NCBI RefSeq assembly: GCF_036321535.1
Contig: NC_087437.1
Span: forward strand, 111,292,001-111,356,000
Reading direction: 5' to 3'
Origin: Camelus dromedarius
Lineage: Eukaryota
Length of the DNA stretch: 64,000 bases
The number at the start of each line of letters is the position of its first letter. Position 1 is the first letter of the stretch. Shown piece after piece: positions 11,421-23,804 of this stretch. The position numbers and the translations under genes were made by a program. Under the pieces are notes generated by a model that was given only the letters and a program-made list of their open reading frames with translations, was not told where the DNA came from and did not search any database.

Positions 11421-14411
11421 TCAGTTTTGACTTTGGCCTTGAGCTCTGCGTGTGTGCTTGTTCACCTTCACACTCCTGCTAGACTTTGTGGTCTTGACCT
11501 GTCAAACATGAACAAGCATGAACTGCATTTCTAGGTCTGATTTTACAATTAGGGAATTTGGACCTGTCCCTCCCCCTTTGATTCTTTTACTATTGGGATT
11601 ATGTAAATGTCCACTCACCTCGGGCTTTAACCCGTTGTGCCAGGTATGAGGCAAACATTTGCACCTAGTAGTTGCTCAGGGAATCGAGGTTGCTGACACT
11701 TATGTTAAAGTGTGTGGGCTGGGAAGGCAGCCCATGGATTCACTGGATTACTCGAGGATGGGAACTGGCCCGATGCGGCAGGACCCAGAGCTGCAGAGGA
11801 CGCCCAGGTCATCTTATCTTGTTTAGAGAGTGAATGACTTTAGTTTGGGGCATCAGCCACTCCCCTCATGCCAGCCCCCAGCTTCTCCAACCCTTTGTCC
11901 TTTGCACCCCAAGTGTACAACACTTCTTTTCACCTTCATTTATGATACCATCTTGTTTACATCCCATAATACTAGCTTCCCAGTAACAAGAGTAGCTGCC
12001 ATTTACTGAATGGCCATGGGTGAGGGCTTTTCATAGTATCTCCTGTTGTCAGGACAGCTCTGCATGGTAAGTTCTATTATCCAAGGGGGAAACTGAGTCT
12101 CAGCGAGATGGTGTATAGCTTCTCTGTTTCTGAATTTACACCTGCTTGACTCCCACACCTGGATTTCCCTACTATCCTGGGCTGCTTGTCTGTCTTTCCT
12201 TATTTTATTTAGCATAAGATGCCCCCACTCCCCTCCCCACCCCAGATTCAGCGGCATCATCTGTTGTGCCTCTGTTTTGAGTAATATCAAAATTGAAATG
12301 TCCAACTGGAGAATGTGCCATTTAAGGGTCTCACTAACACATCTTTATTAATTTGATGATTCTGTCACTCATACTTGTAGTGCTCTCGCCACGTCTATTA
12401 TAATAGTACTCTTTTTTAGATTAAGTTGGAAGAATTTCTGCCAAATTTGAGCTGAAAAAAAGCACAGCGTTCTTGCCCTTGGGAGCCCATTCTGCGCGCT
12501 TTCGAAGAATTGCCCCTCTTCTCTACCATGTGGGTTGAAAGCATAAGCTGTTGGGAGCTTTCCCATTCTGGCTTCTAGACAGTTTCTGTCTGCTTTGTTG
12601 GTGCTTTTACATCACAGAGTCGTGACTGCCTTTCATCGGTTCCACATTTGCTTTTCCATCACGACGCCTCAAGGATGGCTCTTAGAATGCATGCCAGGCA
12701 CTCACTTTAAATCAAGAGGGTTTTGTACCGTGAAGTCACTGAATTGATGCTGAAGGTGGGATGTTAGCATTTGCAAGGGATGAGCCAACACCAATTAAGA
12801 TTTCCAAGAAGGCTAGACGGTCCAATACTTGTTGATGCTGCTTTCTCCTGGGAGGTGATGAGGGAAGAGCCTCAGGTGGGGATGGGACCCTGCTTGCATC
12901 CCATGGGCTGCATGAAAGTCCGATGGCTTTGTCTGTTTCCTGTGGCTCTTTCCCTAGACACAGGGTCAGGGTGCTCACACAAGCCAGTCCAGGCTTTGGA
13001 AGGCTGATGCTCATGGAGGAAAGCAGGTTTTGCACCCAAAGAATGTGCACCTTCTGTGACGTGGAGCACAGAGCGGGAGCACGCCCCATGTGGGTCGTCC
13101 CTGTGCTTAGGTCTGAATGGAGACCCCCAAGCACTGGATCAGAAGCCATGCCCGCCACTGCTTTCCAGGACAATGGAGACTACCTTAATCCCTTTTGCTC
13201 CTGAGTCATAGAGATACTCAAGACCCTAACATAAACTTCAAAGGCTCTCAGGATGTCTTTAAAGTCCTTTTCGGGTAGTAATGCAATATCTGTGATGTCC
13301 AAAGAAAGAAAACTCACCAGTGGAGATCTGAACTAAAATTACTTGTGCTCATCAGCAATTTGTGAAGATGCAGAGTGCTTGGTTCTGAAAATAGAACGAA
13401 CACGCACATCCAGTCTGTTCTTAGCTCTTCTGGTTAATCATACTCTGAAAAAGCCTGGGTTGCTGTTCAGGTCCTTTGAGGGTAAGCAACAGAGATGTCT
13501 CAGAAACATCGCTAACTGAATAGCCTCCCCATTTCAATTCATGAAGCCGGTGTCTTTTTTCTTTGACCAATAGATGCCCCTGATTAAGCATCCTAATGAC
13601 TCTTACAATGAGGGGAGTCGGGAGAAGGGAGAAGAGGGTCCAACAAGAGGAACCCCTCTTCTGGAGCCCCATTTGCTTTTCAGACTATTGAAGAACATTT
13701 TAGAAAAGTTTTATTTGAAGACCCAGCTATAAAACTTAGAATATTAAATGTAACGCATGATTGCTCTGACGTCTACACATATACTTTTACCCACTACGTT
13801 TTCAAAGGGAAATGACCCTCTGGTGACCTCATCAACGGTATAGGAACCCACCTGGAGGCATGACCTAGCAAAAGGTATTTCTCTTGGGTTGATTCTGGCA
13901 TCCCTATTAGCCCCTCTTCTGATGCCTTCATTTTTACCCTGCAACAAATGGTTGACAGTCACACGCATCAGTCTGTAAAGGACAGTTTTAAAATGACAAC
14001 TAAAGCTTGTGAGAAAGTGAGAATTTTTATGACTTTTCCTCGAAAGGTTAGATTATCTTAGAAAACTGAAAAACAGCTTTGGAGAGAAGAACAGTAAAGT
14101 TTGGGGACCAAGCAAATGAAGATTATTTTCCAGAACCTATCATTTGGTATATTGGAAATTGGAGTTCATGTATTTTTTCTCTTGCAAAGACGTGATCACA
14201 ATGCTCCATACAACGAGTATAAATAAGAAACTATCACGATCCCACAGCTCAAGCAAAACAGACCATCTTCATTTTGAAATAATCCCTGGGATTCTTTTTC
14301 CGTATGTGAACCTGCATATTCTTGTGCTGAACAATTTTGGAGGCTGTGACCTTCATGTGCATTATAAACATATTTTTCCATGTTGTGTAGTTGTCTCCAT
14401 TGTTCTAAACC

Positions 14412-14505
14412 TTTTTTTTTTTTTTTTTAATAGCGGTACTGGGGATTGAACCCAGGACCTCCTGCATGCTAAGCACGTGCTCTACCACTGACCCATACCC
14501 TCCTC
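14412..14505 (-). mobile_element. tRNA-Ala-derived SINE (short form)
   Basis: Poly-T followed by ggtactggggattgaacccaggacctcctgcatgctaagcacgtgctctaccactg. Confidence 0.88.
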
Positions 14506-15470
14506 ACTATTCTTATAATCTTAAAGGATACAAATGTTCCATTTAGGGACAGACCAGTTTCCTAACACTAATGCCTGGGTGGACAACAGATGCTCTGTAC
14601 ATGTTTATTTAATGAAAGGAAAACAGGGCATCTGAAAAAACCATTTTTGCCTGGGATGAAAGGGGAAGGGGAGGTGAGGATTTCACGATTTGTCAATCAT
14701 GTCACACATCGTTTGTTTACACCCCACGGTCCACATGACTGATGTGCTGCAGCGAGCTTCGGTGGGCTAGAGAGTCAGGACAAACTTTATTGGCATATAT
14801 TGTGCCCAAGACAGTTCAAAAGGAGCGGGCCCAGCAGGTTGACGTGGGTTTAGAGTGCATGAATTTTGTCCATGAACTAAAATTTAAAAACTGGAGTCCT
14901 TGTTACAGAGTTTACTTAACACTTTAACCAAGTCTGGCTCTCTGGATTTGTTTTGCCCTGACTGGCTCAGCTAAGTGCACCGTCCGTTCACAGAGTCTGG
15001 GGAGTAAATGGTGACCCCGGAGAATGGCTGTAAAAGAAGGGCCCAGAAGGAAAGCAGGACGTCCCTATCCTCTTGAGACTCTGGGCATCAGTGGTGAAGG
15101 CCATAGTGGAGGGTCTAAGTGAGAATGTCTTTACCTTCTGTTTCCTTTCTGAGTCCTCAAAACCCTACCTTGCGATCAAGCATTGTCTTTTCACTTCCTT
15201 TCATCCCTCTCTGGCTCACCTTTAGAGGTGAGCCTCCAGAAAAGACCACCGGTGGTTCTGGGAAGTGCAGGGCGTGGGAAGACCCACACTGGTTCTTGCT
15301 TTACCACGTCCCAGGTGCGTCCCTTGGATAGATATCTTAAACTCAGGACTTGTGGTACCCAGAGAGCCAGAAAATAGATCAGCCGTGGCTTGGCGGCGTG
15401 GCGGGCCGCCTGCCTTGAGTCTTTGTTCAGCTTGTGACATGTGCCCGTTCTTTGCCGAATGTCTTCCCAG

Positions 15471-15606
15471 GAGCTGTGAACTTCTTGCGTTCTCTCCTGG
15501 AACCAGATCCTGTGAAGAGGCCCAACATCCAGCAAGCACTGGCCAACCGCTGGCTCAATGAGAATTACATGGGCAAAGTGCCATGTAACGTCACCTATCC
15601 CAACAG
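15471..15606 (+). CDS. HUNK: HUNK exon (136 bp): subdomain XI, (G)AVNFLRSLLEPDPVKRPNIQQALANRWLNENYMGKVPCNVTYPN(R)
   Basis: Acceptor gtcttcccag|GA, donor AACAG|gtaatc; LEPDPVKRP kinase motif; phase 1 in, phase 2 out, consistent with neighbours. Confidence 0.96.
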
Positions 15607-15988
15607 GTAATCCAGTGCACCCAGAGGGACCCCTTCCTGGGCAAGATGGGCCCTGTCTTACAAGCCCTGAATACTTCTGGACAGGAAGCTGTATGTGATT
15701 CAGGGAAGAGCTGCATCTTCTCTTGGCTGCCCTTTCCCCCTCTGCACCCCCAGGCCCGCAGACGAGCCCACCTCAGCGCATAGGAGGAGGTGTGGACAGG
15801 GCCACCGCAGGCGGCTGTGCAGAGCGCACCCTGCAGGGGGTGCCCGGAGGCGGGTGGGTGCAGGCTGAAATCCAGGCCACACTCCCATGGTCAACCCTGT
15901 CCCTGAGGATGTAAGGACTTACATCTCTCCAGAGTGGTGCCTCTTTCTAATTCACACAAAGGGACCGTTTAGACTAGCCATGGCTTGA

Positions 15989-16016
15989 GTGTGTGTGTGT
16001 GTGTGTGTGTGTGTGT
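15989..16016 (+). repeat. (GT)14 microsatellite
   Basis: Direct reading. Confidence 0.97.
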
Positions 16017-16459
16017 CTGCGTGTGTGGTCCACTCAAGAGCTCTCCTGCCAGCATCAGGTAGAATCCTGTGGAATTGCCCCCTCCCCTTTCAGATCACCC
16101 CTGGGCTCCTGTTCTGCCACTTCTTTGCTCCGATGTGTGTTGCAGTCCTGGGTCCCCCGCCTTACAGTGTCGGGGCAGGAAGAAGGGCAGGAGCAGGAGC
16201 CCTCGAGGCCGTGCTTCCCTGTGGACTTCCCAGGAAGGCTGCACCTTGGCCGTTTCCATGGGGAGGGCTCTTTCAGGAAGGCTTACAGGCCGGAATGCAC
16301 AGCGCGGAAACCCTGAGGGACACCTGATGGCCCACGCGTCCCCATGCGGGGGTGTCGACTCCAGATTTGAGAACAAGTACAGGAAGGAAGACATTTCCTT
16401 GTACTTTTTTCCTTCTCATTTGACCTACTGTTAACTCACCGGAGGGAGGGAATGAGGAC

Positions 16460-16483
16460 CCCTAACCCTAACCCTAACCCTAA
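16460..16483 (-). repeat. Short interstitial telomeric repeat (CCCTAA)4
   Basis: Four perfect CCCTAA units, i.e. (TTAGGG)4 on the minus strand. Confidence 0.95.
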
Positions 16484-17654
16484 CTCTTCACCTTGGTGAC
16501 TTTAGAGCAAACATGAAGACCACGTGGGTCAGATACCCTCCAGGATTGGGAGCTACCTTGAGTCCTTCTTCCTTCAGACCGAGAATGGCCTGCACATTCT
16601 AGATCTGAAGCTCAGATGAAGACAGAAGAACCACTGATGAGGGGGGACAGATGGGGGACTGACAGGCTAGGGAAAGAGGTGTCCTCTGTGATCGCATGTT
16701 CAAAAGGCCCAGGAAGGTCTGGAAGCATCCACAAGCCTTATGAAGGAGGCAGCACTGAGGTCTCCAGCTGAGACGGGCAGGCCGGGCTCTGCCTCGGGGA
16801 GGACCTTCTAGGAGAACTTCAGGGGGTCTGGGGGTGGGGTGTGGGATGTGCATCTAGGCTACTGGGCCACACTGATGCTCGCCTGGCCATAGGTGGGGTG
16901 CTTTCACTCAGCTGCCTTCTAGAATTCTAGCATTTCACCCATGGGAGGTAATTTAAACGAAGTCTAGGCTACTCAGGTTACCAAGGGAACCTGGAAATAG
17001 ACTGCTGGTTTCCAGTGCTGGCTCGGTCTGGTCTAGTGTCTGAAACAGACACCAGGATTATTACCCTAACAGAAAGCAGAGCCGAGGACCCATGCCTCGT
17101 TCCCAAGGCTCACACCGCACTGAAGCGCACAGGTATGCTCTCCGTTAAAAGAGGAGGCATTAGTAGCTTCCAAATGAGTCATTAACCTAATGTAATCACT
17201 GTCAAAATGAGCATAATCAATCCACTCAACGGGGCAGCTGTTGAAGGAAGGGAAACCGGTATTAAATACAGCCTCCTCCCTCCCTGCTGGCCGCGTCTTC
17301 ATCCACGAAGGCTCATGCCCTGGCATCTCATTTTGTACCTTCTCCCTGGGTTATAGGCAGGCTTTTGTAGATTAAAACTTAAATTCTAGTAATCTGTATT
17401 GGCTTTGCCAGATTGATAATTTTTGCATTTGGACTTGGTCAAAAGCATAAAGGCTACACGTGATTAATTAGGTAGATCGTAAAAATGGTTAAAATCTTGT
17501 ATATTAACGAAAACAGCAGCTCAGTGCCTACTGTTTGGTTAAAGCCCATTATTCATTTTATACTAGAGCCAAATCCATGTGTGGTTTTTAAATAATGAAA
17601 CCAGAACTGTAAACTATTGGGGAAGACACGTGTTATTTACAGTCTTTTTATTTT

Positions 17655-17691
17655 AACTGAAATATAGTTGGTTTACAGTTATGTTAATTTC
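17655..17691 (-). mobile_element. Extremely truncated L1 3' tip with TSD
   Basis: aactgaaatatagttggtttacag resembles the L1 ends at 33222 and 47581; flanked by tacagtcttt(tt)atttt on both sides. Confidence 0.7.
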
Positions 17692-18619
17692 TACAGTCTT
17701 TATTTTGAAAAAAATATATAAGGCAAAAAAGTGCTTTTGATAATTATCTTTCTGGTTTTACCAGCACACAGATAAATGGAGTAAGACTATGTGACCAGGA
17801 AAGGAATATTTTCTTTATAAGGTCTATTTTATAGCTTCCCAACATGTGTAGCCCCAGATTTAATTATTTTAGATGTTGTCAATGTTTTACTTCTGGGAAA
17901 GAAAGAAAATAAAGGTCCCATGCTTTACATCACTTTTCTGTAAAGCCTTCTGTTCATTCATTTGGGCCTCCAGGTTGACTTCCAAGAGGCAAGAGGAAAA
18001 TGTCTTTAAAAGTAAACTTTTTGTAATAAATGTTCATGCCAGCCAGTCACAGATGTTGCGGTGTGCCGGGCTGGCCTCCCTGTTCTGGGAGCTGACATTT
18101 TTTTCAGAGCAGACCCTAAGCCGCCCCCTCCCATTGCGCTGCCTGGGCCTGGTCAGTCTCCCACACCTGTAGTTAGCGCTGGTGATGGGTGGGAGGGGAA
18201 GGAGGCCAATGGTAGCGCAGGACAGAATTAGACCTCAGTGGAATAAAATTGGATTCATGTTACTCAGAATTATACCTAGTGTTCCGGAACATTTTATTAC
18301 CATCGTCTCTGTAATCCAAACATGGAGCGATGATACAAGTTCAGTAACTGACACAGGAAAGCACCAAATATACACATTGCTTATTGAAAATATTTAAAAT
18401 ATTCCTCTCAGTCAGGAGTCAGCCCACAGCCTATATGCTGGCAGAGCTCATGTGTTTTTGAAGACAAAGGATATGAAGGGCAGAGATGGGGTGTCTGCCC
18501 TTGCTCACTTCCTCCTCTCTCCTCCACTCCCCAGCCCCACCCGGGTGGCACCCCTTCCAGGGCCTGCTCCCCAGGGAACCATGGTTGATGTCAGATAGCC
18601 AGGGCCTTCTGGGGGTGGG

Positions 18620-18780
18620 GTCATCCAATGTAGCTGTGGGTTGATTGGTCAGGGGTGGAGGGAGGGTCACAAAAATCATGATCTGATTGGCTAGGGGTGA
18701 GGCCACGAAGCCATGGTCTGATTGGCCAATGTCAGGGGCACAGCAGGGATCTCACTGGCCAGGGTTGGGGTCAAGTGGGG
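18620..18780. promoter_or_regulatory. Degenerate tandem array of CCAAT (NF-Y) and CACCC boxes
   Basis: ATTGG at 18644, 18686 and 18721 (variant actgg 18754); CCAAT at 18625 and 18726; each ATTGG followed by a GGGG-rich box. Confidence 0.45.
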
Positions 18781-19489
18781 GTGGTGATCTCCTTGACCAA
18801 AGGCAGGCCTGCCCACACTTGGATGTTACCGGCTAGTTTCAAACAATTGTGCTTTCTGTGTTAAGTGCTTTGGCAGTCTTCAAGTTAATTGTATCCTTTT
18901 TAAACAAACGTTATTATTTTTAACCATTAATCATGCCAACCATACTCAACCTTTTTTCTAGCATTTGTCATTTTGTGGCCATCAGGAGTGAAGAAGGCAG
19001 ACCTCCTGGTTTCTTGGGTGTGTTTTCTTTGGCCGGCACTTAGCCAAACGTAGCAGAGGGAGGGCCGACGTAGGTTACACTGAGGGTGGTGGAAGGTGGC
19101 CAGCAGACCTGGGTCTGCCCTTCCTGCCCCTACTAACTGGCCTGTGGACTTGGCAAGTCGGCTTCCTCTTCTGCACCATTATGGGGGTGTACTGTGTGGT
19201 TTCTCCGAGTGTTACGGTTCTGAGGTTCTGTCAAAAGTTGCAGCCCCAGAATTCAAACCCGAGCAGCCTAGTTCAGTGTCTAGATGAACCTCTACACTCG
19301 CTGCCTCTCAAATAGCATCTTACTTTATGGCTGAGCCCCAGATCCCCTATTTGTGAGCTCGTAAGCTCACATTGCTCCTTTAAACACGGGCTGGACTGGC
19401 TCCTGAACACTCTCCTTTCCCACACCAGCTTCCACCCAACTTAAGTGCGGGCTCCGCCCATGTCCAGTAAATACACTTTAAGGGAAAAG

Positions 19490-19830
19490 AATGTCAAATT
19501 GCAAAGACGTTTGGGACAATTGAGGACATGTGAATATACTCTAGATATCAGAGAAGATTAAGACATACTAGAATTTTGTTGAGTATTTTGATGGTATTGT
19601 GATTCTGCAGGAGATGCCCTTGGTTTTTAAAGATGCACACTGAGGTGTTTAGGAATGAAATGTCACGATGTCTGGGATATAAAATACTATAGAAAATAAA
19701 TAAATAAAGCAAGCAAGCATGTATGGTGACACATTAACAATGGGTAGAGCCATGTATGGGTGCACACGTAGGGTAATCGTACTATTCCTTCTACTTTTCT
19801 GTACATGGATTTTTCATAATAAAAAGTCAA
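19490..19830 (+). mobile_element. Old L1 (L1ME/L1MC-like) 3' UTR fragment
   Basis: tttgggacaattgagg...agatgcacactgaggtgtttagg...tactattccttctacttttctgta...ataataaaaag. Confidence 0.65.
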
Positions 19831-19874
19831 GTGAATGAAAGAGTGAATGATGGATGTGGTTGTCCATGGGGGGC

Positions 19875-19900
19875 GTGTGTGTGTGTGTGTGTGTGTGTGT
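19875..19900 (+). repeat. (GT)13 microsatellite, 110 nt upstream of the UBA exon
   Basis: Direct reading. Confidence 0.97.
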
Positions 19901-20010
19901 TGGGGGTGGGGGTCTCTGTGCTGCCATGTTTGTGAGCATCACTAAGCAGGCCCCAGGGCCTCTCAGGGAGGATGGAGATGTGACTGGTCCTCTGTCCCTC
20001 TGCCGAGCAG

Positions 20011-20173
20011 GATTTCCCTGGAAGACCTGAGCCCCAGCGTGGTGCTGCACATGACCGAGAAGCTGGGCTACAAGAACAGTGACGTGATCAACACAGTGCT
20101 GTCCAACCGTGCCTGTCACATCCTCGCCATCTACTTCCTCCTAAACAAGAAACTCGAGCGCTATTTGTCAGGG
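20011..20173 (+). CDS. HUNK: HUNK exon (163 bp): UBA/SNF1-homology domain, ISLEDLSPSVVLHMTEKLGYKNSDVINTVLSNRACHILAIYFLLNKKLERYLSG
   Basis: Acceptor tgccgagcag|G, donor GGG|gtgagt; LGY...AIYFLL is the UBA signature of AMPK-related kinases. Confidence 0.96.
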
Positions 20174-20779
20174 GTGAGTGGGGCCCCACGGCGGCTCTCT
20201 TTACCCTCTGAGGAAAGAGGAGCTCTGACACCCAAAGTGTTTCCTTCCCGGTTGCTGACACTTGATCTGAGCTGTTAATTGAAGCGAATGTAAGGCTGGG
20301 TTTCCTGAACGTGGGAGAAAATAGTACCCAAACCTGCTTCTCAGAGAGCGCTTTTGATCTGAGGTGTTTTTCAAATGTTCTCCCACAGAGTGAAGGTCTG
20401 GGCAGACTCGGGAGAGGTTCGAGCTTCTTTTTCCTTCAGTTTCTGGTAGCTCCTTGGGTTCCTCACTTAAAAGGCACCAGGGACGTGTGTGGCTTTAAAG
20501 GTTGGGGAGCAGAGGCTCTCAGGCATTCACCTCTAAAGCTCGGGGTATGAGAAAGCCACTGTTTACATTTACTTTGCTAGAAAACAAGAATGAAATGGAA
20601 CTTCACCAGCTTGACTTTGGCCCCTTCACTCCATCTGGGCATCAGAAAGTCCAGGTGTCATGTGTCGCAGATGAGGGAGGTACAGCTGGGAGTCGGGGGG
20701 GATGGTGGTACCCGCTTGCTTTGGGCACCTTCATCCTTCTGCCACCTGCAGTGCATACGTGCCTGGGTAAGGGAATTTA

Positions 20780-22069
20780 CATGCTTCCGTATCCAGTCAA
20801 CTCTTTCTAAATGGACAATGGCTAAAAAAGAATTCTGCAAAGAAAACTGGATCAAAGGCAGTGATAGATCCTGTGTATCACTCCTTCTGTTTCTCTGACT
20901 CGGAGTGACGGGGGCTGACCAGATCTAACAGGACGCCAGCCCGAGAAATTTGGAATTGTCAGGGAGCCCATCTGAAAGCTGATTTCATACCCACTGTCTT
21001 GAAGGATGATCTTCACCCCGTGTCTGTGGCGCCTTGAGATCTGATTGTGGGGGTTTGTCCCTGTTATGACATTTACAATCCAGAACATGAAGACGAATTT
21101 CTAAAGTTTTCCAGTGCAATTTAAAGTCACGTGATAGCCCAGGATATCACAAAACTTCACTAAACAATAGTCTTAGAAACCTTTTGTGAGGCTTTTATAT
21201 TAGAGCGAAGGACAAAAATCCACTGACAGTTGGGGAAATGATATTCTCCCTGATGAGGCAGAAATGACCAAAATGACCAAAATGATGCCCGGAAGACAAG
21301 ATGGTGAGAATGTGTCTCTTGTTATCAAATAGATTTGGGAGGCATTTCGAAAACATTGCCGAGCAGATGAAGGAGCTTTATGGGCGTTTTGTTAAACAAC
21401 TGAACAGCAGTCTTGATGTTTCTAAGTGGATTCAGCTTAGGGTCCATCACAGGTTTGACTTCAACAGGAAATTACCCACAGAACAACTTTTATTTGGTGA
21501 AACACCAAAGGAAAGATGTAGACAAGAAGAGACATTCTCTATAGTAAAAGGCTTTTTTAAAAAGAGTAATGTTTTATAGGGGGAAAATAAAACACTCTGT
21601 AAGCAGTGATGGGACGACACTTTGGATGGAAACAGGTATGCAACTTTGAGGCTAGATTTCAGAGACAGTGCCATGGTCACAGGAAAGCTACTGCCGGAGA
21701 GACGTGGAGGCCAGGACCTTTGACACGTAGTGTGTTAATTATATCATTTTATTGTGCAATAGGAGTGATTAAGAGATTCTCCTGTACTGTGCAGAGGCTC
21801 CGTTCACCTATGGTGATGAGCATAAAAGACATGTTAGGCTTGAAGCTGTTTCTCATTTCTCTTCTGTAAGGAGACCATATGCCCTATATTTCTTCCTTAT
21901 CTTATCCTTTAAAATTCCTATTTTATTGCATATTTTATAGTGTACGTGATATATTAGTACAGTACATGCTTATAATTTTTAAATAAATATGCACGTATTA
22001 TTGGTGCCTGCTGACAACTTTTTCACGCGTTATGAGCTCAAGGTCACACACCATTTGGGGGGACCACCG
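20780..22069 (+). mobile_element. hAT/Charlie-family DNA transposon fossil (Charlie7-like) with transposase remnant and 3' terminus
   Basis: Fragments EHEDEFLKF, AKDKNPLTVGE, ENIAEQMKE..QLNSSLDVS..EQLLF..KERC..FSIVKGFF, SDG resemble Charlie/Buster transposases; end tttggggggaccaccg resembles a hAT TIR. Confidence 0.8.
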
Positions 22070-23535
22070 TGCCAGGAGACTAGTAGTTCTCAAGTAGAAG
22101 GAACAGAGGAGGGTCAACACACTGATTTTCTGTTTGAAATGATGAATTTGTTCAAAAAGTAGTTTTTAAAAAGTGTTTCCATGAAACTGGCTGTAAAGTT
22201 CACGATTTCACATATTTAAAGGATGACACTGCTCTTTTCTCAAGTAAGCTGGCAGATTCAGACATTCTTCTTTTGGCAGAACTGGTTCTCTGGCTACTGA
22301 TCAGTAAGATAGAGGGGCTTTCGCTTTAAAAATAGTTTCTTTCTATGTCAACCTCCACATCTACAGATGCAAACTTTGGCTGCTCGCGCCCTTAAACAAT
22401 CACGCGGCTCCTCCCATGTAAGAGAGGTTTGCCTGAAGCTCTTGGGCTGTGTCTTGGTTTCTCCGGGTGTCTTGCCATCTGCTTTGTTTGCCCAGCATCA
22501 GGGCTGCGAATGTTGCAGGGCTGCAGAGCTCTGTGGTTTTATCTGCTGAGAAGTTCCCAGAAACTCAACTAATGTAGTTCTAACTGGAGAAGGTTCTTAT
22601 TTGATTGTGTCTGTTTCAAAATTTACCCTTAAATCATAGGACGTAGCTGGTCTGAGAACCACTGTCGAGGTGGGTGGCTGCTTTTAAGAGTGAATTATTC
22701 CCCACAGACAGTCATATCTGGTCTGATAGTAATTTCCACACAAGGCTACTGTCATTGCACTGTCCCAGTTAATAATATCATTCGCTAGCTACTAACAAAC
22801 ATGTATAATTTTGAGAGTGAAACTAGTGAACTAAAAAGTAAATATTATACCTTAATTATTTGTCATTTCTCCCCCTCTCCCTTGATTCTTGTTTCCTCTT
22901 TCTAAGACCTAGAGGCCTGGACTTTAATTTGGAGAGCCTGTAAAGGCATCCCATGAATATTTGTTGGTTGATCAATTAATCAGTCATTTAATTACACCTG
23001 CCACCAAAGAGCATTACACCTAAGTCATGCTCCTGGGTCATCTTAGGGGTGGTTATCTGTCTTCTTGAAACGCTATTATGAATGGATGTGACTTTTATTG
23101 GGCGGGGCGGGGGAGGGGGCAGGAACTAGGGCTGTTTTTAAACAAGCAAGATCTGTGTCCTAGTCAGTAGTTCGATAAAATAAGTTGTCCCTCCCTGCTC
23201 ACATATTCGGTCTCCACTTGCACGTCTTAGAGGGGTCTTCATCGCACAGGTGAGAGTGCTGAGGCCCAGCGAGGAGCAGTGATGAGCCCAGGGCCGCCTG
23301 GCCCTTTCCTGGCAGAGCCAGTAACAGAGACAGGTCACCTGACTCTGGGCCCGGCGCTCTCCCCGGGCTCCTACGGGCTGACCTCCGATGAGGCTTTGCA
23401 CTGCAATTAAGGGCCTTGCCAACCACATTCTGCCCTTTCTCAGCCGAGCGCTGGTTTAAAAATTAATGACTGCTTAATGGACATTTCTGCTTCCCATGAG
23501 TTAAGCCAGGCTTTTTTTCCCCTCTTCTCTGGTAG

Positions 23536-23619
23536 AAATCTGACATCCAGGACAGTGTCTGCTACAAGACCCAGCTCTATCAGATAGAAAAGTGCAGGCC
23601 CACCAAGGAGCCCTATGAG
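23536..23619 (+). CDS. HUNK: HUNK exon (84 bp): KSDIQDSVCYKTQLYQIEKCRPTKEPYE
   Basis: Acceptor ctcttctctggtag|AAA, donor GAG|gtgagt; phase 0-0; matches recalled HUNK sequence. Confidence 0.94.
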
Positions 23620-23804
23620 GTGAGTGACCCCCAAACACAGACCAGGAGCTCTCCGGAAGAGTGAATTTCCATTTTTGTGGGGGTGGAGTGGAAAGGAAAC
23701 CAATCATTATGGGACACAGAAGTAGCCAAAGGCAAATACTCGCTTAATTAACTGAGCCTTTGAGACATGGTTTATAGCCAGACCACCATCGCTCAGTCTC
23801 CAGA

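Noticed and set aside
16375..16406. Small hairpin aagtacaggaa...ttccttgtactt
   Set aside because: Too short for a pre-miRNA; expected by chance in 64 kb.
20005..20010. NAGNAG acceptor GAGCAG at the UBA exon
   Set aside because: GAG is a very poor acceptor; no evidence of use.
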